From a virus (taxonomy: Duplodnaviria; Heunggongvirae; Uroviricota; Caudoviricetes): a stretch of DNA of 7,032 nucleotides. Below the pieces are notes generated by a model, which was given only the letters and a program-made list of their open reading frames with translations, made no database searches and was not told the origin of the DNA. The first letter of the stretch is position 1. Each line of letters opens with the position of its first letter. A program made the translations under genes and the position numbers. Below, in pieces: positions 1 to 5,790 of this stretch. Where the stretch lies: the IMG/VR virus record IMGVR_UViG_648276650_000006. One strand, 5' to 3'.

Positions 1-32
1 GCGGGGGCGGGGGGGGGGGGGGGGGGGGGGGG
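1..32. repeat. Homopolymeric poly-G tract at the window edge, probably a sequencing or assembly artefact
   Basis: Seen in sequence: GCGGGGGC followed by an uninterrupted run of about 24 G (9..32) at the extreme 5' end, with no coding or structural context. Confidence 0.5.
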
Positions 33-62
33 CTTTGGGAATATGCGGGTGTGGGGAGATTG

Positions 63-473
63 TCAGTAACCGGTTTGTACCTTATACAGCCGCAGGGTTT
101 TGCTGCCCCGAACAATCTTCACATACAGGGCATTATCTTCCGCGCTGCGTACAAAACCGGCCTTCACATCGCCCTTACAGTCACCACCATCGTAAGGAAC
201 ATTGATGCCGGTCTGGCGCACCAGGTCGATAATCCCGAAGCTTAAATCTTCACAGGCTGGGCCCGGCAGGTCCTGAATCAGGGCAAATTTATGGTCGTCG
301 CTGACACCGGTCAGTGAGCACATGGACGTATTGATGTCGTTTCCCTGGCACCAGTACTCCTGGCCGGGATTGTCTTTATCCATCAGACTTGCCGGAAGCT
401 GAGCGGCACCGGCACTGAAGGCGGCAAGTGACAGAATGAGGGCAGGTACAGCAGAGGTCATTATTTTCAGCAT
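63..473 (-). CDS. Small secreted/periplasmic 4-Cys protein with N-terminal signal peptide (YfjT/YkfB-like, tentative)
   Basis: 136-aa ORF. N-terminus MLKIMTSAVPALILSLAAFSAGAA-QLP has the n/h/c layout of a Sec signal peptide with an AxA-type cleavage site. AGGAAG Shine-Dalgarno lies 6 nt upstream of the ATG at 473. Mature part has 4 Cys, including W-C-x9-C. Family name is from recollection, not a search. Confidence 0.6.
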   Translation of the reverse strand: MLKIMTSAVPALILSLAAFSAGAAQLPASLMDKDNPGQEYWCQGNDINTSMCSLTGVSDDHKFALIQDLPGPACEDLSFGIIDLVRQTGINVPYDGGDCKGDVKAGFVRSAEDNALYVKIVRGSKTLRLYKVQTGY

Positions 474-539
474 GGTCTTCTTCCTGAATTAATCCAGCCC
501 GCTGTCGGGCAAAATGAGAGAGGTTGATATCGGGTGTTA

Positions 540-977
540 TCAGAAGCGCCGGTAGCGAAACAGCTCTTTGCCCTGGTAAAGTGCCACCAGGTCGTCATAT
601 TCCGGCTTCTTCTGGTTGGGTTTAAAGGTCACTACCGTGCCCGGACGGCACAGGTCTTTTACGGTGAGTCCGTATTTCTTGTCCGGAGTAATGGTGAATC
701 CTTTCGACACATCGTTGCGCATGATAGTTATCCAGCCCCACAGGCCGCCTTCGCAGTCTTTAAAGGGTGCGGAACGCACCGTGACCATCCCGCCCAGGCG
801 GTCAACAGACATGGCTTCGCATTTTCCGGTAACCTGACGATGCGCATCGCACCAGAAAATGTTCCCGTTGTTGTCATTAACTACAGCAGGGAGGGTCCGG
901 TTATAAGGCTGAGCCTGAGCGCCCACACAGAGCAGAAGGCTGCCGGTAATACCCAGTACTTTAATCAGTGTTTTCAT
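540..977 (-). CDS. Small secreted 4-Cys protein with signal peptide, paralogous to the 63..473 product (YfjS/YafY-like, tentative)
   Basis: The track ORF 540..1103 starts at a GTG and would overlap the upstream gene by 85 nt. The internal ATG at 975..977 has an AGGA 8 nt upstream, leaves a 41-nt intergenic gap, and gives MKTLIKVLGITGSLLLCVGAQA-QP, a typical signal peptide. Shares the W-C-x9-C pattern with the neighbouring ORF. Confidence 0.55.
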   Translation of the reverse strand: MKTLIKVLGITGSLLLCVGAQAQPYNRTLPAVVNDNNGNIFWCDAHRQVTGKCEAMSVDRLGGMVTVRSAPFKDCEGGLWGWITIMRNDVSKGFTITPDKKYGLTVKDLCRPGTVVTFKPNQKKPEYDDLVALYQGKELFRYRRF

Positions 978-1018
978 TACGTTGGTCCTAAACAGAGAAA
1001 GAATCAGGTAGCGGTCAT

Positions 1019-1555
1019 TCAGGCCCAGACAGTCAGGGCCAGCATCAAAAGCCATACCCAGAAGTAAGCCGGTTTCTGACCGAGAGTTTTCGCCCGCCGC
1101 CACAGATAGAACGGCACCAGCCAGGCCAGTTTGCCGAACGTGGTGGTGTCCACTCCGGCCTTACGCAGGCGTCGTTCATCGAGATACCCCAGAGCAATAT
1201 TGAGCAGCAGCGTGATAAACCAGTACTGCCCACCCGAGACGGCATCATATGCCTCGTCAAATGACATCCCGCTCAATCCTGCAGTCCACAACTCCAGCGC
1301 GTAGCCAATGAAGGGAGCAAATGCCAGCGTCCACACAACGCCACCCGGAATGCGGTTCCCCGGCAGCGCTGGTGGTGTGGTGCTCCGGAGCAGCGTCGAA
1401 GCCAGCGGAGTAGCGGAGACCGGCTGCCACTCTGCCATTCCCTGTCGCCACACCAGAGTGGATGCAGTCAGTTCACCGCGCATAATCAGGCTGGTGATGT
1501 CGTCTTCGGTCACATTGTCGTGGCGTATGCCATTTTTCTCGTAATGCCAGGTCAT
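1019..1555 (-). CDS. Membrane protein with N-terminal DUF4339 (GYF-like) domain and hydrophobic C-terminal half
   Basis: 178-aa ORF. N-terminus WHYEKNGIRHDNVTEDDITSLIMRGELTASTLVWRQGMAEWQP matches the DUF4339 pattern as I recall it (W-Y..G...GP/V..L..L...G.L...TLVW..GM..W.P). C-terminal half has several hydrophobic stretches (DUF2628-like by recollection). AAGGA Shine-Dalgarno about 6 nt upstream of the ATG at 1555; 25-nt gap to the upstream regulator stop. Confidence 0.6.
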   Translation of the reverse strand: MTWHYEKNGIRHDNVTEDDITSLIMRGELTASTLVWRQGMAEWQPVSATPLASTLLRSTTPPALPGNRIPGGVVWTLAFAPFIGYALELWTAGLSGMSFDEAYDAVSGGQYWFITLLLNIALGYLDERRLRKAGVDTTTFGKLAWLVPFYLWRRAKTLGQKPAYFWVWLLMLALTVWA

Positions 1556-1580
1556 TGTTTTTCCTTCTTAACAGAGGTAA

Positions 1581-2204
1581 TTAAATCAGTGTGTTGCCCG
1601 GCTCCTCCTCTGAGGGCCCAGGAGACAGGACTTCACGGATACAGCTGAAGTGCGGAAGGGCCCGGATAAAGCCCGCCTGTGTGGTTAACTGGCTGAGACG
1701 TTTTAGCGGGGTGAAAGTTGTATTGAGGACTGTCACCGCATGGATGGTCGCCAGTGGATGCACGGTGATATGCCCGTTAAGTTCACCGGTGAGGTACCAG
1801 CAGCCGTCGAGTGATATCAGGCGGTACGGGGCCAGTCCGTCACAGCGCTCTCCCTCAGCCAGCAGCAGTACCCGTTGGCAGGCGGTAATAGCACTGACGA
1901 GACGGTAGAACACCAGTGAGGTGGCCGGTGATATAGTCTGTGGCGGTTGCCACACCAGACAGGGCATCCCTCCTGCTGTGAGCAGCATGCCCGCCAGACG
2001 CCGGTCCAGCCCCGGAAAGATATCGGCCAGTCCGGACCGGTGAGCAAAGGTCAGCGCATCCAGCTCACCCTGTACGCCCCCACTGGTGCTGCGCAGGCGG
2101 CATTGCCCTCGTCGATACTCCAGGTCCAGATACATCAGCCGTTCGCGAAAATCCCGTCGCAGGGTACGGACTGACACACTAAACTCTGCAGCCAGCCGGG
2201 CCAT
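1581..2204 (-). CDS. yfjR: HTH (DeoR-type) + WYL-domain transcriptional regulator, YfjR-like; coordinates are the longest canonical-start ORF, which appears N-terminally truncated
   Basis: ORF contains the HTH recognition region LAAEFSVSVRTLRRDF and a literal WYL motif (LDGCWYLTGELNGH). The frame stays open 29 codons upstream (to 2291), encoding (I)TQAERRHDRLAVRLSLIISRLVAGETLN, which completes helix 1 of the HTH. That stretch has no ATG/GTG/TTG; it begins at an ATA codon (2289..2291) with GGAG 7 nt upstream. Symbol is by family recollection; paralogues in other islands are possible. Confidence 0.55.
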   Translation of the reverse strand: MARLAAEFSVSVRTLRRDFRERLMYLDLEYRRGQCRLRSTSGGVQGELDALTFAHRSGLADIFPGLDRRLAGMLLTAGGMPCLVWQPPQTISPATSLVFYRLVSAITACQRVLLLAEGERCDGLAPYRLISLDGCWYLTGELNGHITVHPLATIHAVTVLNTTFTPLKRLSQLTTQAGFIRALPHFSCIREVLSPGPSEEEPGNTLI

Positions 2205-2499
2205 GTTCAGCGTCTCACCGGCAACCAGGCGGCTGATTATCAGTGACAGCCTGACAGCCAGTCGGTCGTGACGGCGCTCTGCCTGTGTTATCTCAAATCT
2301 CCGTAATAATTAACTGACTGAATATGAAATGATTCTAAAGAGGGGGGCGGACAGGGTATGGACATGGAATGAACTATTTTTTATCTGCCACCGGAGGCAA
2401 GCCCAACGCGGCGCACCGTGAAATACGGTGATAAAACACTCAATCCAATGGAGGTAAAACGGACAGGGAGTGTCCTTTCCCAACATGCTGATAACAAGC

Positions 2500-3324
2500 T
2501 CAGGACTGAAACCCACTCAGCATCGCTTCCGCCATCACCCAGAGAGCCCGGTTGAGCTTCACATCGCCGTCGATACCACGCACGGCGCGGGTGTGTGTTC
2601 GCCCACCTTTTGCACTCCGGCCACTGAGCCCGCCCTTAATCAGGTTCTCCTGAATACGCTGGTATGTGGTCCACAGGTCATTGCTCTCATCCTGCCAGCG
2701 GCGTGGGGAGAGTATCTGAGGTGCTGTCACCGGCTGGTGGTCCTCACCAAAACGGTACGTCAGTGCAGCCTGTGCCAGAGCCTGTTGTGCAGGTGGCGGC
2801 AGCATCAGCGACTGCATGGCATCCCGCTTCTCTTCCACACGGTCAAAAATACCCAGCACTTCATACGCCCCCTCAATCACCTGACTCACGACATCTCCTT
2901 TGTGCGGTACCCGCACCTCGCCGAACGATTCACCGCAGACAAGCCCGTTCTGGCATACCGCACGGAATAATCCCGGTAACATCTGATACGAGCTGGTGCC
3001 GTCATGAGAATTGAGCAGAATGATTTCTGGGACTTGCTTGCCAGTAATTTGTCCCTCCCGGCGCAGACGTAACATATGCTTTGTATGCTCGCGACGCCCT
3101 GGGTCACGCACCCGGGTCTGGCAGGCAAAGAAAGGCTGAAAGCCTTCACACTGCAGATTTTCAAGAACGGTAATGGTTGGTATCCAGGTATACCGTGCGC
3201 TACGAGACGCATGCTTCTCCTCGCTGAAGACACTGGGCACTACACGAAACAGCTCTTCCTGGGTTAACGGACGGTCACGACGAATAAGGTTTGCTGCGCC
3301 AAAGCGCGAAGCCAGACGGGTCAT
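2500..3324 (-). CDS. yfjQ: DUF932-family protein (YfjQ/YafZ-like)
   Basis: 274-aa product from the second in-frame ATG (3322..3324), which has a perfect AGGAG 7 nt upstream; the track start at 3339 lacks an SD. N-terminus MTRLASRFGAANLIRRDRPLTQEELFRVVPSVF matches my recollection of YfjQ/YafZ proteins, and length is close to the ~273 aa I recall. Lies directly after a GTPase gene as in CP4-57-type islands. Confidence 0.6.
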   Translation of the reverse strand: MTRLASRFGAANLIRRDRPLTQEELFRVVPSVFSEEKHASRSARYTWIPTITVLENLQCEGFQPFFACQTRVRDPGRREHTKHMLRLRREGQITGKQVPEIILLNSHDGTSSYQMLPGLFRAVCQNGLVCGESFGEVRVPHKGDVVSQVIEGAYEVLGIFDRVEEKRDAMQSLMLPPPAQQALAQAALTYRFGEDHQPVTAPQILSPRRWQDESNDLWTTYQRIQENLIKGGLSGRSAKGGRTHTRAVRGIDGDVKLNRALWVMAEAMLSGFQS

Positions 3325-3350
3325 AAGCAGACTCCTCATGATGGAAAATT

Positions 3351-3387
3351 AAATACAAAAAGCCCCGCCGCAAAATCGCGGCAGGGC
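3351..3387 (-). terminator. Rho-independent terminator-like hairpin between the GTPase and DUF932 genes
   Basis: Minus-strand RNA: stem GCCCUGCCGC / loop / GCGGCGGGGC (10 bp, one mismatch; plus 3362..3387), followed 3' by UUUUUGUAUUU (plus-strand A-run 3351..3361). Begins about 30 nt after the GTPase stop and ends about 25 nt before the DUF932 start. Confidence 0.55.
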
Positions 3388-3418
3388 TCAGGAAACTACG
3401 GGTTAGAAGGGTTAATGT

Positions 3419-4282
3419 TCAGAAGAAGAAATTCCAGACTGCACGGGCGACTGATACCACGATGTCGCGCACAGACTGGATGACTGACCGAACCTGGGCC
3501 GGTATCAGGGGCATGGAACTTACTGTATCCAGTACCGAGCCGACCGTTTCACCAAAATCGTCACGGGCTTTTTTATTAACGGCATCGGTACGAAGTGGCG
3601 CACTGAGTTGTACTGCCACCTGACTACTGGCCTCCCGTGGCAAGCAACGAATCATCCGCTCAGCCATCATCCGCAGCCCCCACTGCAAACGTATCGACAC
3701 CGCACAGACAGGGTTTACAGGTTGGAACAACTCATGCAGCAGACAGATTTTGAGGCTGATATTTCGTTTCTGCTCTGTAGACAGCTTTTCACCACCGCAG
3801 GTGGGTTCAACCTTGTCAGACTGGCTGATAACAAACAACACCTTATGCCGGTATGCTTCACCAATCACCTGCCGGTAAAAATGTTCATCTACGGCCAGCG
3901 CCCGATCATCACCCTTAATCAACCACAGAACCAGATCCAGCTGGGGGAGCTGTTTACGGTACAGCGTGGCATACTCTGTATCCCGGCGCTCAGACTCCCC
4001 GACGCCGGGTAAATCCACCAGCGTCATAAAGCGCTTCCCCACTTGCAGGCGAAAGCGTAAGGGTTCGCGTGTGCAGGCGGTCACATCGCTGACCGGTGAA
4101 ATCTCACCGGTAAACAGGGCATTACATAAGCTGCTCTTGCCCGAGCCAGTTTTACCCATGATGCCAATCACCGGCTCATAGTCAGTAAGCTGATTTATCT
4201 GCTGCAGAATACGCTCTGATGCCCAGTGCGGCAGGTTAGAAAGCGAATGCTGCAGTGACTGTAAACCTTCAAATTGATTCAT
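3419..4282 (-). CDS. yfjP: P-loop GTPase of the YfjP/YkfA/YeeP family (50S ribosome-binding GTPase-like domain)
   Basis: 287-aa ORF. Walker A/G1 GIMGKTGSGKSS, G3-like DLPG. AGGAG Shine-Dalgarno 5 nt upstream of the ATG at 4280..4282. Length matches what I recall for YfjP/YkfA (287 aa). The yfjP versus ykfA assignment rests on the downstream DUF932 and WYL-regulator order and is not certain. Confidence 0.7.
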   Translation of the reverse strand: MNQFEGLQSLQHSLSNLPHWASERILQQINQLTDYEPVIGIMGKTGSGKSSLCNALFTGEISPVSDVTACTREPLRFRLQVGKRFMTLVDLPGVGESERRDTEYATLYRKQLPQLDLVLWLIKGDDRALAVDEHFYRQVIGEAYRHKVLFVISQSDKVEPTCGGEKLSTEQKRNISLKICLLHELFQPVNPVCAVSIRLQWGLRMMAERMIRCLPREASSQVAVQLSAPLRTDAVNKKARDDFGETVGSVLDTVSSMPLIPAQVRSVIQSVRDIVVSVARAVWNFFF

Positions 4283-4300
4283 TACTGCTCCTCTGAAATG

Positions 4301-4335
4301 AAAACAAAAAAGGCAAGACCGTGAGGTTCTGCCTT
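4301..4335 (-). terminator. Terminator-like hairpin plus U-tract in the leader immediately upstream of the GTPase gene
   Basis: Minus-strand RNA: about 11-bp stem (plus 4310..4320 pairing with 4325..4335; one mismatch, one wobble), loop GUGA, followed 3' by UUUUUUGUUUUC (plus A-run 4301..4311), then the AGGAG SD and ATG. It faces transcripts entering from the AT-rich cargo side. Confidence 0.5.
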
Positions 4336-4384
4336 TAATGAGGTATGTTCAGGGGAATGATATATATCTGAATATTTTTAGAAT

Positions 4385-4430
4385 GCTGATAGGCCGTTCT
4401 GTGCCAGGAGCGGACGTTGCGAACGCTTTG
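4385..4430. repeat. Left copy of a degenerate ~46-bp direct repeat (core GTGCCAGGAGCGGAC)
   Basis: Manual alignment to 5363..5408 at a constant offset of 978 bp: core 15-mer 14/15 identical, flanks 9/16 and 7/15, about 30/46 overall. Located in the divergent intergenic region upstream of the Toprim gene. Confidence 0.45.
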
Positions 4431-4570
4431 AGACTGATGATCATTTCAGATGTTAATTAATTAAAGGCATGGTAATGTTTAGGCTCTGTAGGGTAAATTT
4501 CCCGCAGTATTTTCGGTTATCAATAGCTTGTGGAGTTAACTCTCAGAGGGGGCAGTTAGTGGGAACAACA

Positions 4571-5269
4571 ATGGAGGACATCCAATACGAAGAAATGTTA
4601 AATGAGCTTCTATTCGAAAAAGTAATGAAGAATGAAGCAAAAAAACAATGCATTTACATTTTTGTCGAAGGTGAGTCTGAAGAACTTGCTTTTCAACCCT
4701 TACTTGAAGACTGTGGTATAGATTTCGATAAGCTTGGTATTGTAATTGCAAATTACAATGGGATTGGTAACTTAAAACACGCCATAAGACTTCTACATAA
4801 AACATTGAGCCATGATCGACCAATAATAGTAACGTATGATGATGATCATGAAGGAAAAATAATAAAGAAAATAAATAGCCCATTGATCACATACTTTAAA
4901 ATACCATTTAGCCCTGTAGTTTCTTATAATGATGGAACTTTAGGCGGAACATTTGAAGAAAGCTTTCCTAAAGATTGCTTTATAGAAGCTTGCTTTCAGC
5001 AAAATGTTATAGCTAGTTCTTTTTTATCAAAACGTAATGACTTTGAAAAAAAATTCAATCCAACTCAGCCATGGTTAGCTCAATTAGCACAATTCATTTC
5101 TTCCAATGGTGGGACTCCTAATTCTATAAATAAAACAAAATTAGCTGAAAACATGATGCTTTCAGTATCTCAGATACCTGAAACCTATAATGAGTTAGCA
5201 AAGTTAATCATTGATATTAGAAACAAGACCCCAATAAAACACCCTGAAAATGTAGATTTGAATTTGTAA
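4571..5269 (+). CDS. Standalone Toprim-domain protein, a putative nuclease with an OLD/AriB-like catalytic core
   Basis: 232 aa from the ATG at 4571, where G+C content drops; the track ORF begins at ATG 4469, which is an alternative start. Toprim signature seen directly: hydrophobic strand IYIFVEGESEE with E33, and IIVTYDDDHEGK with D90-x-D92-x-x-G95. No Walker A motif in this ORF or in any adjacent ORF. Markedly AT-rich with A/T-ending codons, unlike the backbone. Confidence 0.6.
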   Translation: MEDIQYEEMLNELLFEKVMKNEAKKQCIYIFVEGESEELAFQPLLEDCGIDFDKLGIVIANYNGIGNLKHAIRLLHKTLSHDRPIIVTYDDDHEGKIIKKINSPLITYFKIPFSPVVSYNDGTLGGTFEESFPKDCFIEACFQQNVIASSFLSKRNDFEKKFNPTQPWLAQLAQFISSNGGTPNSINKTKLAENMMLSVSQIPETYNELAKLIIDIRNKTPIKHPENVDLNL

Positions 5270-5362
5270 ATAATACTATTTATTTTCACGCACTGATTTT
5301 TCCGCGTTTGGTAGGTATTATCGCAACGTCCTATTTTCACTCATAGCTGCCCTACCTACCTT

Positions 5363-5408
5363 CTTGATGGGCAGCTTCGTGCCAGAAGCGGACATAGCAT
5401 CCGCTAAA
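5363..5408. repeat. Right copy of the degenerate ~46-bp direct repeat (core GTGCCAGAAGCGGAC)
   Basis: See the left copy at 4385..4430. This copy lies about 95 nt downstream of the Toprim gene stop and contains a small hairpin, AGCGGA / loop CATAGCA / TCCGCT. Confidence 0.45.
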
Positions 5409-5790
5409 GTAAAAGCAGGCGTTAATACCTGTGAGGGGTAAAAACGCGCATCGATTAACAAGAGTAACTGTAGTGATTCACAATCATGAAAAAATTTTCT
5501 TTATACAGAATAAGAAGCCATTTAATATGGTTAGAAGATTTAATTTAAGAGTAAATTATATATAATATATGGCTAATTAACTTATGTTAATGGAACTATA
5601 AAATGAAAACTTCAATGAGTTAATCGGTGGATTAAATAAATATATCGTTCCTGGACTTCAGAGAGATAAGACTAATGATTTTCAAAAATAGATTTCTGAA
5701 CAAGCAGTGAAAGTGTGGGGTGTTAACTAATACATCAAGATATACTTTAAACGGATAATATATAAAGTCACAATCAAAGGTAGATGAAAA

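Noticed and set aside
1-32. Poly-G tract as a biological G-quadruplex or phase-variation homopolymer
   Set aside because: Its position at the very window edge and a length far beyond typical phase-variable tracts favour an artefact.
484-505. GCCCG-CTGT-CGGGC hairpin between the two secreted-protein genes as a terminator
   Set aside because: 5-bp stem with no U-tract on the coding (minus) strand side; more likely incidental or a minor RNA structure.
540-1103. Longer GTG-initiated version of the secreted-protein ORF
   Set aside because: It would overlap the upstream gene by 85 nt and put about 42 non-hydrophobic residues in front of a clear signal peptide; the internal ATG at 977 with AGGA upstream is the better start.
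2461-2480. Short hairpin GGACA-GGGAG-TGTCC about 25 nt after the DUF932 stop as a terminator
   Set aside because: Only a 5-bp stem and a weak U-tract (GUUUUAC on the minus strand); insufficient alone.
51-4181. Numerous ORFs overlapping the backbone genes on the opposite strand or in other frames (51..245+, 534..1067+, 616..837+, 1045..1260-, 1257..1451-, 1308..1544+, 1591..1908+, 1817..2047-, 1947..2174+, 2086..2271+, 2310..2516-, 2470..2970+, 2664..3014+, 2886..3233-, 3076..3267+, 3608..4012+, 3966..4181+)
   Set aside because: All lie inside or antisense to longer ORFs that have recognisable domains and Shine-Dalgarno sequences. G+C-rich DNA produces long shadow ORFs by chance, and none has a convincing RBS or recognisable motif.
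4469-4570. Upstream ATG (4469 or 4475) as the start of the Toprim gene, adding about 34 residues (MVMFRLCRVNFPQYF...)
   Set aside because: Not excluded, but this segment is compositionally unlike the rest of the gene and has no domain features; ATG 4571 coincides with the composition shift. Needs experimental or comparative confirmation.
4536-4883. 115-aa minus-strand ORF antisense to the Toprim gene
   Set aside because: His- and Leu-rich low-complexity translation of the antisense of an AT-rich gene, with no RBS; the sense ORF carries the Toprim motifs.
5321-5331. 11-bp inverted match (TCGCAACGTCC) to the left repeat copy at 4412..4422
   Set aside because: By my rough estimate, exact 11-mer matches of this kind are expected around ten times by chance in a 7-kb window on both strands, so it is not significant alone.
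5486-5548. 20-codon ORF (MKKFSLYRIRSHLIWLEDLI) in the spacer as a leader or toxic peptide
   Set aside because: No Shine-Dalgarno, and AT-rich DNA yields such ORFs readily; noted only as a possibility.
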